Positions 1 to 9,756 of a stretch of DNA of 64,000 bases are shown here, piece by piece. The position numbers and the translations under genes are program-made. The DNA is from Isosphaera pallida ATCC 43644 (GTDB lineage Bacteria > Planctomycetota > Planctomycetia > Isosphaerales > Isosphaeraceae): positions 2,568,450 through 2,632,449 of the forward strand of contig NC_014962.1 of assembly GCF_000186345.1 (NCBI RefSeq). The letters run 5' to 3'. Below the pieces are notes generated by a model, which was not told where the DNA came from, did not search any database, and was given only the letters and a program-made list of their open reading frames with translations. Position 1 is the first letter of the stretch, and each line of letters begins with the position of its first letter.

Positions 1-1700
1 GCGCCTCGTTGGTTGGCACCACCATCCTTGGCGTCATTGGCACTGTCGTCATTGATTCGTGTCAATCGGGTCAGGGACCCCACCTGGTCCTCGGCCGGGT
101 TCGTCAATTCCGAACCCGTAGGGGTGCGGGAACCCTCCAAACCGAAGCGTCTCGTGGCGTCTGGTTTTGATCCGGGACGGGCCGAGGTGAGTCGGGACCC
201 CGCCACGACGGTTGACGACGAGTCGCCCGGTAAACGTCTGTCGTTCTTCAAAAGATTAAGGTCAATGAACCCTTCGTCTCGTGTCAGCTCAGGGCCTGAT
301 CCTGGCGTGTTCCGGTCGGTCGAACTCCCTAAGGTTGAGAAGTCGTCCAGGGCTTCGAATCTCGAAGCAGACCGGCTTGCTCTTGGAGTTGGCCAACGAT
401 GGTTGCCGGGCGAGCCCGCGGTCAGGAAGGCCGGCGGGGGGTGGTGCGACGTTGGGGAATGTGAGCGGGTTCGGGATGGTGCCGCGTCATGGTGGTCCTT
501 CTCAACATCGGCGTTGTGGCCGCGCTGTGGGCCAGGTTCGCTCCAAGGCGAAACGGGCATGGCTGAACTTGATTCCAAGTTCGTCGCTGAATTGGCGGTG
601 ACGAGGGAGCGGGGTTCCATTGGGAGAATGTTCTTAGTCGGAGAGGTTGAATCGGGAAATTCAAAGACCCAATCTTCGTCCACCAGTTCATATCCGAAGG
701 CTAGTCCAGCGGTTTCGACTTGGTAGCGCGCTTCGTAAAAGGGACGAATGCCCGTGGGTCGAACCAGGAAGAGGACGTAAGCCAAGGCGGGGTCGGCTTC
801 GGACCGGTTGACTTCCAAACGGTTGCGAACCGCGTTGAGAAAGCGTTGGCCGCCACCTCCTAAACGTGCGAAGCGGCGGGTTGAAGAGGTCGCCTCGCCA
901 GTGAGTTCAGCCAGATCGAAGGTTGGACCGTCGGGAAGAATGCGGATTTGGTCCTCAACACATTCAATTGCCAGAGGATGATGAAAAGTGCCGTTCGGTC
1001 CCCGGAAAGGGACCAACGTTCGGATGGTCTTTGTGGCACGTTCGCGCAGTTCTCGAGCGCGCTGGGCCAGTTCGGTGCGGCGGGACTGATTGCGTTCTTG
1101 GAGTTGGACGATGGCCGCGTCGAGTCGGTCCGCCTGGGCACGGAGGTCGGCGAGTTGAGCGTCGCGGCGCCGCCGTTGGTCCTCTTGCTGCCGTTGTCGT
1201 GCGATTCGGGCAGCCTGATCGAGTTGCCGAGCCACTGTGTCGAAGCTGCGCAACGCTTGGGTTGTCAACCATTCAATACGGATGGAGCGGGCCGCGACGG
1301 CGAGACCCTGTCGTAGGCGGGTTGACTCCCGGGCATCGTACTCCTTCGCCGCGGCCAACTGCGACGAGTCGGAGGTGTCGAGGTGAGGCTGGGTCTCGAC
1401 GAGGAACGGCGCGGGCAGGTGAACATCCGGTGGGTCGCTGATCTGGGCAGCGGGGGTGGAGGGTTCACCAGAGGCGGGGTTGGTTTGGGACTTGGGTTGG
1501 GGTGGGGACTCGTGGTTTCGTGCGCGTTCGACCAGCAGGGCCACCACGACGACGGTCAGGCTCAGAGCCACGAGGATGGTTGTCAGTGCCAACGTCTCCC
1601 AAACGAAGGCGAAGCCGAAGCGTTTGGGGTTCTCCAAACGAGGAGAATGAGACGCAGAGACAGGGTTCGAAGATGTCGGAGAAGTCGTTGGTTCGACCAT
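1..1700 (-). CDS. Hypothetical membrane-anchored coiled-coil protein, 5' part only (C-terminus lies beyond the window start)
   Basis: Translated by hand. ATG near 1698-1700 with AAGGA about 9 nt upstream. N-terminus MVEPTTSPTSS...KRFGFAFVWETLALTTILVALSLTVVVVALLVERARNH gives one TM helix, then a long Q/R/A/E-rich coiled-coil region (LQERNQSRRTELAQRARELRERATK). The frame stays open to position 1. It is missing from the ORF track because it runs off the edge. The + ORF 13..726 on the other strand has low GC3. Confidence 0.45.
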   Translation of the reverse strand, partial: MVEPTTSPTSSNPVSASHSPRLENPKRFGFAFVWETLALTTILVALSLTVVVVALLVERARNHESPPQPKSQTNPASGEPSTPAAQISDPPDVHLPAPFLVETQPHLDTSDSSQLAAAKEYDARESTRLRQGLAVAARSIRIEWLTTQALRSFDTVARQLDQAARIARQRQQEDQRRRRDAQLADLRAQADRLDAAIVQLQERNQSRRTELAQRARELRERATKTIRTLVPFRGPNGTFHHPLAIECVEDQIRILPDGPTFDLAELTGEATSSTRRFARLGGGGQRFLNAVRNRLEVNRSEADPALAYVLFLVRPTGIRPFYEARYQVETAGLAFGYELVDEDWVFEFPDSTSPTKNILPMEPRSLVTANSATNLESSSAMPVSPWSEPGPQRGHNADVEKDHHDAAPSRTRSHSPTSHHPPPAFLTAGSPGNHRWPTPRASRSASRFEALDDFSTLGSSTDRNTPGSGPELTRDEGFIDLNLLKNDRRLPGDSSSTVVAGSRLTSARPGSKPDATRRFGLEGSRTPTGSELTNPAEDQVGSLTRLTRINDDSANDAKDGGANQRG

Positions 1701-2586
1701 GCGCGGAACGTCCTTGCGCTGGTGCGGGAACGACGGCCGCGCGTGCGGCGAGGGCATCATCGTCGCGCTTCGTCGCGTTTCGACGCACAGGTCGAGACCA
1801 AGAAGCGCGATCATGCCGACGGGACGTCGTCGCCATCCTGGCGGGTCCGAATCGGTTGAAGGAACTCTGACGCCACGCGCCGATCGGATGGGTTGGGCGT
1901 AGCGTAAGTCCAGTCCGCCTTGAAATTCGGACCTAATGGACGTGGAGATTGACGCGATCAGCGAGCCAGGACTGTCTCACGCGCTGGTTGTTCGGGTTGC
2001 GACGGTGGTGGCGCGGCGTGAAGGAAACGCAACGATAAAAGTGGATGAGATGAATGTGGCGCGGGGAGGTAGGAAGATCACCGAACGGGTTTGTTGGGAT
2101 GGCTCTGAAAGAAGGAGGGCGCGATTTGGTCTTGAGATGTGAGCCTTGCCGACATCTTGAGCAAAAAAGCGTCGAACAATCACCATCGACCGGTGGGAAT
2201 CATCCGAAATAACAACAGCAAGCGCTCGGTCTCGTCAATCGTTCGCGCGTTGCAGTGGATCCTCTCGATGTAGCGATAAGGCGACGCGATCGGGGTTGAC
2301 TTTGGGCCCGGTATGCTTGTCTGTCCACGGGAAGGAAAACGTGGCCCACCGCGGGGGATGACGATGGGCTAACGTTTATTCATCTGTTAATTTTGTGTGG
2401 TGGAGGAGCGTGGGTTTGTCCCCAATCAACACCGACGCGGTGGGGAGTCGGGACAAGCGAGCGCGAGAGGGGGAGTGGGGTTTGATGGCGAGACCGTGCG
2501 ACCACGCGAAGGCGACCACGACCGCATGCCGCGTCGGGGGAGACGGCGAGTCGAATCATGGTCGCGTGGAAGGCGACTGGATGGGC

Positions 2587-3582
2587 TTAGCGGCTCACCT
2601 TGGCTTGGCGCGAGGTTGGGTTGCGGCGACGAACGGTCGCGCTGAGGGCCAACAGCGCCGCACTCCAGGCCAGCCAGGCGGCCGGTTCGGGAATGGGGAT
2701 CTGAGTTCGAGGAATTTCGATTTCCACAAGGGTGGCGAACAGATCCTCGCCGGAGATCAGGTCCTCGCCGGTGCCGGCGTAAGCGCGGAAATGAAACCGG
2801 AAGGCGTCGTCGGTTTGGGTCAGGCCGGGAATTTGCGAAAAGTTGGCGATGGAGAAGGCGAAATCGGGATGCTCGGCGGAGGGGTTGTACGCCAATTCGC
2901 CGAGGTGAAGCGTGGCGGTCTCGCCGAACATATTTTCGATGCCCAGTTGACCGCCCATTTGATTGAGCTGGGCGATCGACAGGGGGTAGGCGACGGTGAA
3001 GGCGGGATCGACGGCACCCGGTGGTTTATTGGCGGGCACACCGGCGAGCAGATCGACCTTGCCGTTGAGGTTGGCGTCGATCCCGATGGCGATGGCCTCG
3101 GTACCGCTGAGATTGGGCATGTCAAGGCCGCCAGCGATGGCCGCAGCCGGAGAGGTGCGTCCGGGGTCGCCGTCGTTGTCGGCGTCGCCAGCGATGTTCC
3201 AAAAGTTGATCCCGACGAACATCGTGTCGCCGATCGGGTCGTAGCGGAACCGTACGTCGCGGAAGTTCCATCCCGAGGTGTCGGGAATGGCGGGGTGGGT
3301 GGCGACGTCGTTTTTGAGGTTCCGGTTGGTGGTGATGGCGTGGCGGTTGTCGGTAATGACCACCAGTCCCGGATCGCGGCGAGGGTCACCTACGGGGTAG
3401 TCAGGCATGTCGAGTTCGACGTCGCCGGTGCGGAAAAAGTCGCGGATAGGGATGGGGCCAGTGCGCGGGGGGGTCTCCAGAGGGGGCAGGGGCAGGGCCA
3501 TCGAATCAGCCAAGACGGGGTTGGCAGCCACAACCACGCCACACCCCGCGGCGACCAGCGCCGCAACGAAACCGCGGACCAT
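2587..3582 (-). CDS. PEP-CTERM sorting-domain secreted protein with an Asp-rich (AGDADNDGDPG) motif
   Basis: Internal ATG of ORF 2587..3771 with GGAG 7 nt upstream. N-terminal signal peptide MVRGFVAALVAAGCGVVVAANPVLA. C-terminus IPEPAAWLAWSAALLALSATVRRRNP is a PEP motif plus TM plus Arg-rich tail, i.e. a PEP-CTERM anchor. Paralogous to 4346..5971. Confidence 0.7.
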   Translation of the reverse strand: MVRGFVAALVAAGCGVVVAANPVLADSMALPLPPLETPPRTGPIPIRDFFRTGDVELDMPDYPVGDPRRDPGLVVITDNRHAITTNRNLKNDVATHPAIPDTSGWNFRDVRFRYDPIGDTMFVGINFWNIAGDADNDGDPGRTSPAAAIAGGLDMPNLSGTEAIAIGIDANLNGKVDLLAGVPANKPPGAVDPAFTVAYPLSIAQLNQMGGQLGIENMFGETATLHLGELAYNPSAEHPDFAFSIANFSQIPGLTQTDDAFRFHFRAYAGTGEDLISGEDLFATLVEIEIPRTQIPIPEPAAWLAWSAALLALSATVRRRNPTSRQAKVSR

Positions 3583-4345
3583 CAGGAAACTCCTTCCATC
3601 CTTGGGGGGAGTACGGAGGAGAGGCCAACTCATGCCGCCCGAACGGGGGGAACGGAGTGGTCTCCCACAAGAGGGATTCGATCTCGTCGGGGTTGGGGAT
3701 CGAGTGTCGGCGAGCGGGCACGGATCCGGGAAGGCGTTGGGTTCGCCCACCGCCAGCCCTGGATCGCGCACGGTTCACCGTTCGGGTTCCAAAGAGGTCG
3801 CGCGTGGTGGTTCAGCTACTCCACCCGATCCTCCCGACGGGGTCAAGCCGAATTCCCAACGGATTCCTCAACGCCGCCGTTGGTCTCGCCTTCGAGGTTG
3901 ATCCGAAGGTGGAGCCTTCCAGGAGGGATTCGGTGTTTCGGGGGGAGGGGATGGGGCCGTTCCTCCCCTGCCACGCCACGACTTCGAACGGGGTCGGGCG
4001 TCGGCGGCGACGGCCCGCCTAGTTTGGTCATCGTGACGATGAAATAAGGTGATTTCGTCGTCGAGTCAAGTTCGTATCGGGGCGAGGAGCGCCACGAAGG
4101 GATTGGTTTGAGTTGGGCGGCGTCGAGGTTGGAGGCGGAAACGCCGCCGCTCCGGGGGATTCGGGAAGGCCGGGAACAATCCCGGCAGGGTGGGACTCCC
4201 AGGGCTGACCAGCGGCGACGCGTATCCCGTTGGGTTGCGATGGCCGTTGCCATCAGTCGAAAGGGTCCGACTCACCGGCGAGTTGATCAGGGCCATTCAC
4301 CCCCGCCTTTGCGACTGCTTCTCCTTCCGAAAGGACGATGGCGCG

Positions 4346-5971
4346 ATGTCCGTGATTTGGAACGTGATGGGGTTTGCCGCGACTCGGCCGCTTCCTCGGC
4401 GGGATCGGCGTGGGCGTCCCCGCTTCCGGGTGCGTCCGATGGCCGAGAGCCTGGATCCCCGGGTGGTCCTGTCGGTGACGTTCACCGGCAACGTCTTGAA
4501 CGACTTCAACGATACGGTGCCCGGTTTGGTGGTTGCGCGTCCTCAGCCGGACGACCCCCGCTACTCGATTCCGCTGATCGAGGAGCCGATCCGCGACATC
4601 GTGCGGGTCTCCGGCTTCCAACTGGACGCGATCCGTCTGGTGTACGACGCCCAGCGGGACATCCTCCAGGTGGGCTTCGAGCAACCCTTGAGCCAGCAAG
4701 AGGGGCGAGAAAACCAACGGGTGATCGCCGGCGACGCCGACAACAACGGCAACGGCGGAACGGTCAATCCGATCATCCGCACCATCGTGGACGACCCGGA
4801 CAATTTCATCGACTTCCCCAGTCTGGGCGGCACCGAGACGATGCTCGCCTTCTTCCACTTAGACCCCGGCCCGCCCGGTCAACCGATCAGCGGCACCCCT
4901 GACATCGTCGCGGGCATCGACGCGATCCGCAGTGATCCCGAAGCGCTCAAGTCGTTCCAAGTGGCCGAGTTCAACACCGCCACCGACCCGACCCGTCCCG
5001 GCTCGGGAAGTAGTTCGCCATTTGGCCGGTTCCTGCCTCAGCACACCGGAGCCAGTCTACTAGGAGTCACTCCGGAGGCCGGCGGCTTCGAGTTCAACAT
5101 CAACCGCTTCTCCGAGTTGTATCAGAACGTCACCGGACGTCCGTTGCAGTTCCCGGTGGATATCGCGGTGGGCGGCTTCGCTGGCTCGGCCAACGATGGT
5201 GGCATCTCCGAGGCGTTCATTCCGCCGATTCGGGTGACCCTCCCCGCACCTCCGCCCCCGCCGGTCGAGTGTCCCCCCCAGTCGCCTCCCGTGTTGATCA
5301 ACCCTCACCAGCAACAGCATATCAACACCTTCCATGACACGCGCATTCGGGTCTACATCTTCGGCACCTTCGGCTTCGACACCCGACGAATCGTGCCCGA
5401 GTCGGTTCGTCTAGGCGGCGCGGCTCCCGTGTTCGATTCTGGTCCCCGTCGAGTCAACGCCGACCAATATCCCGACCGTCTGTTTGTGTTCAATGGTCTG
5501 GATGTCGATTTGCCCCGCGGTCCCCAGGACGCGGTGGTGACCGGCCTTCTTGACGACGGCACCCCCTTCGTTGCGGCGGCTCGGGTGTACAACCAGCCAA
5601 TTTTCTTCACCCCGCCGCAAAACCGTGGTCCGGTACCGCTCAGACCGCTGCCGCCCAACCGCCGCGACCCACTCTCCATGCTGTTGAGCAACCAAAGCCG
5701 CGCCCTCAATCAGTCGGCACGGGGCGATCGCCTGACCCAACTGATTCAGCAACGCCGCGAGGCTGTGACCAACGTTCCACGCCGAACCCTCCCCAACCTC
5801 AACCCGTCTCGTGCCCGTCTGGCCGCCCAGAGCTTGGCTCCAGCCTCGCCTCTGATCCTATCCCGCCGCTTGCCCGGTGGGGATTCCATGACCAACCCGC
5901 GTCACGTCCTGAATCCCGTGATCTCCGACATCGCCACCCCCACCCGACAGGAGTGCAGCGTCTGCTCTTGA
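4346..5971 (+). CDS. Hypothetical protein, paralog of the upstream PEP-CTERM protein (AGDADNNGNGG motif), no PEP-CTERM tail
   Basis: ORF 4190..5971. Internal ATG at 4346 preceded by AAGGA (10-nt spacing). Shares motifs with 2587..3582 (AGDADNxGxxG; LxGTE...GIDA). High GC3. No clear signal peptide at this start. Alternative starts at 4367 and 4439. Confidence 0.55.
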   Translation: MSVIWNVMGFAATRPLPRRDRRGRPRFRVRPMAESLDPRVVLSVTFTGNVLNDFNDTVPGLVVARPQPDDPRYSIPLIEEPIRDIVRVSGFQLDAIRLVYDAQRDILQVGFEQPLSQQEGRENQRVIAGDADNNGNGGTVNPIIRTIVDDPDNFIDFPSLGGTETMLAFFHLDPGPPGQPISGTPDIVAGIDAIRSDPEALKSFQVAEFNTATDPTRPGSGSSSPFGRFLPQHTGASLLGVTPEAGGFEFNINRFSELYQNVTGRPLQFPVDIAVGGFAGSANDGGISEAFIPPIRVTLPAPPPPPVECPPQSPPVLINPHQQQHINTFHDTRIRVYIFGTFGFDTRRIVPESVRLGGAAPVFDSGPRRVNADQYPDRLFVFNGLDVDLPRGPQDAVVTGLLDDGTPFVAAARVYNQPIFFTPPQNRGPVPLRPLPPNRRDPLSMLLSNQSRALNQSARGDRLTQLIQQRREAVTNVPRRTLPNLNPSRARLAAQSLAPASPLILSRRLPGGDSMTNPRHVLNPVISDIATPTRQECSVCS

Positions 5972-6274
5972 ACCGGCAAGCCGTTGTCAACAACCGAGCG
6001 CCGGAAGATGGCTCCCGACGCTCGGTTGACCGCTTGATTTCGCGCCATCGTCTCAATTCATCCCACCTCAACCACCAACTGGCCCGCCGCGCTTTCAACT
6101 TCGATTCTGGGGACGCGAGACGGCGGGTCGTTCAACTCCCAGGCTCGCTTCATCGACCGCGGACTTGACGTCGCGCGTCCACCTGGTTGAACTGGTGGAC
6201 GCGACGACGCCGGGAATCTCAGCGATCCTCTCTAGACGCCCCGGCTCACGCCGCTCCGGGGAGACCCAACCAAC

Positions 6275-6535
6275 GTGCCCGACTACACCCCTTATCAACG
6301 CAAAATCATCGAGCGATATTATCGCAACTACGACGCGATCAAGACCCAGAAGCTGGCCGAACTCGTCACCGAGGTCTACCTTGCCGAGGGGAAAGCCCGT
6401 GAACGCCTCTGGACGCGCATCGAAAAAACCCTTCAGGACTTGGAGTTTCCCGCCACCCGAATCACCCACCTCATGGAGAAACGCGATCCCGCCTTGTTGC
6501 CCGGGATCCTTCGGGAAATTCAAGGCCAATCCTAA
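6275..6535 (+). CDS. Small hypothetical protein (86 aa)
   Basis: GTG start with GGGGAG upstream. Balanced, non-repetitive amino-acid composition (MPDYTPYQRKIIERYYRNYDAIKTQKLAELVTEVYLAEG...). No recognisable domain. Confidence 0.4.
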   Translation: MPDYTPYQRKIIERYYRNYDAIKTQKLAELVTEVYLAEGKARERLWTRIEKTLQDLEFPATRITHLMEKRDPALLPGILREIQGQS

Positions 6536-6845
6536 ACTCCACCCGCCCGTGCCCATCCCGACCAGGTCGCCTCGATTCTGCTCTCAAATCGATGGCCTTT
6601 AGGAACGCGCCTCAACTATGCCGCATCGTTCGAGTTTGCCGACCGGAACGCCGCGACTCGTCAATCGTGAAGCCGACACGGGCGAGCCGTTTGGTTTTGA
6701 CAGGTCGGAAATCCTTCAAAGCCGGGAGGTGTGTTTCCACGGCGATCGATGTTCGCTCAATCCACAGTGACAAAGACATCCACCAGCACAGCCTTGACTC
6801 TCATCTCTCATCGAGGTGACGAATCGGGAGCGATGATTCGCCGGC

Positions 6846-8078
6846 TCACTCCCGATCGTCGGTCCCCAAAGGATAGTGAACGCAGCGTGCAAGCCATCCT
6901 AGGCTTCGGATTCGTTCGCGTCGTGTCGCAAGGGCGTGGCGCAGTTCGGCGTCCCATTCGGGACGAGAGGTCCAGCAGGCGATGCGGTCGCGTGAGTCGA
7001 GTCGGGCGAGTGGGGAGCCGGGGTGGATAAGTGCGTCAAGCCGGGCCAGAGCGTCGAGGTCGTTGAGTTTGGCGTTGAGTGAGATAGGAATGTCGCTGGA
7101 TTTGAGAACGCTGATGCGATCGATTCGCTCTAACGGCCAGTGTAGACGGGCCGGCGGATTAGCTCGATCGGGGTGAGCAGCGATGAGGTCGGTTGGGTCG
7201 AACCAATTGAGGGCTTGCGAGTCGGCGTCGAACACCAAGTGAACCGCGCGTCCTCGGCTCCAGGGGCGTTGATTGAGGATCGCGAGCAGTCCGGCGAGGT
7301 GGGGCGGGGCATCGGTAACATCCGAGCCCACCATCAGAGCCAACGTGCGGATTGCTTCCAGCCGCGCTGACCAGAAGGCTTCGAGTTGGTCGAGGTGATC
7401 CTGGAACCGATTGGGATCGGCGATGGCCAGGATCGGCAGGGCGGTGGCGACCCGCAATTCGGGCGGCGGCTCGGGGCGGCGCGGATAGGCGCGTTGATAC
7501 GCGCGGGCCGATTCGGCTCGCGCTTGGGAGTCGAAGGCAAGGACGCGATCGAGGAAACCGAGTAGTTGGTCGCGTTCCCAAGGCTGAGTGCGGCCGTCCT
7601 GGGGCGGAGCAATCCAGGTGACGCGATTGTTTTGGGTCAACGCGTCGCGGAGGAATTGGACCAGGCGTTCGACCCGATTCTCGACCACCGCGGCTTCGTC
7701 CTCGTCCAGGCGGCGTCGGGGCAGGTCGAGGCCAGACGCCTCACGGCGACGATCCACCCGCTCGATCGAGCCGTCCCAGCTTCGGAGGTAGTGCGACTCG
7801 TCGAAATAGGCTCGGGTCCAGCGGCCGTCGAGGTCGAAATGGAGAATTGGGGCGTCGTCGCAGTAGATCGACACCCCGTTGGATTTGAGCCCGGCAAACA
7901 CCATCGAAACCGGGTTGCCTTCTCCGGAAGACGGCGTGGAATGGAATCGCAGCCCTGCACGGGATCGATAGAGCGCTCCGTGGATCAACAGAGCTTCGGC
8001 TTCGGTCATCAGGGGGAATCCAATTGCTTCGAGGCGCAATGACGAGCGGAACAAAATACGTAGCGGCGCAAGGATCAA
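6846..8078 (-). CDS. Hypothetical protein
   Basis: 410-aa ORF with coding-like composition, 45 nt downstream of the MotA/TolQ/ExbB gene on the same strand. Alternative start MTEAEALL at 8009. No recognisable motif. Confidence 0.5.
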   Translation of the reverse strand: MILAPLRILFRSSLRLEAIGFPLMTEAEALLIHGALYRSRAGLRFHSTPSSGEGNPVSMVFAGLKSNGVSIYCDDAPILHFDLDGRWTRAYFDESHYLRSWDGSIERVDRRREASGLDLPRRRLDEDEAAVVENRVERLVQFLRDALTQNNRVTWIAPPQDGRTQPWERDQLLGFLDRVLAFDSQARAESARAYQRAYPRRPEPPPELRVATALPILAIADPNRFQDHLDQLEAFWSARLEAIRTLALMVGSDVTDAPPHLAGLLAILNQRPWSRGRAVHLVFDADSQALNWFDPTDLIAAHPDRANPPARLHWPLERIDRISVLKSSDIPISLNAKLNDLDALARLDALIHPGSPLARLDSRDRIACWTSRPEWDAELRHALATRRERIRSLGWLARCVHYPLGTDDRE

Positions 8079-8122
8079 CGCCGCGTTAGACCTCCGAAGC
8101 GTTGAGGCGCAGGGCGGTTGGC

Positions 8123-9397
8123 TTAGGACGAGCCGTTGCGGTGGCTGGCGGAGCGGGCTTGACCGGCTTGTTTGACAAGGTCTTCAGGGATTTCGATGCG
8201 TAGCCCCCGCGCGTTGCGTGGTGGGACGATCTTGCTGATCTTAACAGGGATCGGCTCGCCGGTCGTGCCTTCGCGGGTCGCGGTGGCAACCGCGTCAGCG
8301 ACTTGCATCCCCAGGCGTTCCAGCGACCCGATCAGACGCTCGACCTTGGTGACTTTGGAGTCAAGAATGACCAGGATGACAATCGCCATGATGACACCGA
8401 CGACCAGAGGGGTCAACGACCGAGTGAGTTCCCGGAACGCCACCACGCCGTCTTCGGGGGTGGCGTGCAGCACCTCGTTGGCGATGAGGAGTCCGCCGAG
8501 CAGGCCGATCAGGGGGGCCAACACGGTGATTCGCCGCAGGGTGCCTAGGTTGCGCTTGAGGCGGTCCCGCTCCTGACGTATTGCGATCGCCACCCCGCGC
8601 TCTACGTCGGCGGTGGGGCGTCCCCAACGTTGCAAGGCGGCCAGGGCCACCTGGGCCGCGGCGCTTGGGCGTGTTCGGCAGAGTTCCAAGGCGCGGTCGC
8701 GGTTCAAAGGAGGTTCTGCCAGCAGCGTAGTCTGGAACGTTTTGATGAAGTCGCCGCCCAAGACTCGTCGGGATCGAGTCGCCCAGGTGCGTTCCACGAT
8801 GATGAGGAAGGCGAATAGTCCGCAGGCGGCCAGCCCGCCCCAGCAAAGGCGAATGCCCAGGGGGGTTTCGGTCTGCCAGCGTGCGAACCATACGCGGGTT
8901 GCTTGGAACCGCTCCGCGGCGAGCGCGGGCAGAGTGGCCCAGTCGATGGTCCGCGGGTCGAAGCCCATTCCCCACCAGCCGGCCTCGGCCGATGGCCCCA
9001 TGTCGGCTTGATCAACGGCCGACCGTCCGCCCTGGCCGACGGGTTGGTCGGCGGAGGGAGGCTCTCCATCGTGGCCGGAATCGGCGTGGGCCTCGGGGGT
9101 TGTCAGCTCGTCTTGTCTGACCAGGTCGGCGGGAGCGTCGTCGGGCAGGGGGGGCAAGGTTCCGAGCTCAAACTGATCCTGCTCCTCTTTGACGGCAGGC
9201 TCAAACGTCGAGCGATCTCCGTCTTGGAGGAGAGGTTCAGATTGAAGGGCTCCGATCATTGCATCCGCGGGGGATGGCACCTGAGCGACGCTCGCAGCGC
9301 GGGCTGGGTTGGGAAGCAGGGCCGCGCTGAGAAGTGTCCCCCCCCAAACCAAGACGGTCGCCCAGCCGGTTCCGATCGCAATCCCAGTCGATCGCAT
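8123..9397 (-). CDS. MotA/TolQ/ExbB proton-channel family protein with a long N-terminal periplasmic extension
   Basis: Signal peptide MRSTGIAIGTGWATVLVWGGTLLSAALLPNPARAAS. C-terminal TM pair ITVLAPLIGLLGGLLIANEVL...LTPLVVGVIMAIVILVILD matches the TolQ/ExbB core. No ExbD or TonB gene is adjacent. Confidence 0.65.
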   Translation of the reverse strand: MRSTGIAIGTGWATVLVWGGTLLSAALLPNPARAASVAQVPSPADAMIGALQSEPLLQDGDRSTFEPAVKEEQDQFELGTLPPLPDDAPADLVRQDELTTPEAHADSGHDGEPPSADQPVGQGGRSAVDQADMGPSAEAGWWGMGFDPRTIDWATLPALAAERFQATRVWFARWQTETPLGIRLCWGGLAACGLFAFLIIVERTWATRSRRVLGGDFIKTFQTTLLAEPPLNRDRALELCRTRPSAAAQVALAALQRWGRPTADVERGVAIAIRQERDRLKRNLGTLRRITVLAPLIGLLGGLLIANEVLHATPEDGVVAFRELTRSLTPLVVGVIMAIVILVILDSKVTKVERLIGSLERLGMQVADAVATATREGTTGEPIPVKISKIVPPRNARGLRIEIPEDLVKQAGQARSASHRNGSS

Positions 9398-9756
9398 CAG
9401 CCCTCACCCTTTCGAATCGAAACCCACGTTGGAATCGAATCAAATCGCCCGGAGCATTCCTTCCCAGGGTCGATTCCTCCCAACAGCCGTGGATGGCCTG
9501 TGACTTGGCTTGCTGCCGATCGTCGCGCCGCCTCGACGAGACGCTTATCACGCGGAGGTGTGGTTACCGCGCCGGCGAGACCGTCGAGTCGAAACGAGGG
9601 GTCGTCCCATTTGGAATCGTCCGTCCGGTCGCGGCCTCTTGACCGAAAAGCGCGGTCGCGTCGTCCTTACGGATCATTTTACGCCTTCAACGTGGCGATC
9701 GCACCACTTGTGACGCGGCGCACTCGGTTCAGCTCGAAGCATTTTGGCAGAACGAG

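Noticed and set aside
13-726. 237-aa ORF on the + strand at the window start
   Set aside because: Low GC3 and rare codons. It lies antisense to a better-supported minus-strand CDS that runs 1..1700.
1936-2142. 68-aa + ORF in the 1.7-2.6 kb intergenic region
   Set aside because: Contains several rare AT-rich codons (ata, aga, agg, aaa) that are atypical for this genome. No RBS.
2395-4047. 550-aa + strand ORF (G/R/A-rich)
   Set aside because: Antisense shadow of the PEP-CTERM gene 2587..3582 and of the divergent intergenic region. Composition is typical of a non-coding frame in GC-rich DNA.
4108-4902. R-rich 264-aa + ORF and 201-aa minus ORF overlapping gene 4346..5971
   Set aside because: Both are alternative-frame shadows with extreme Arg/Gly/Pro content.
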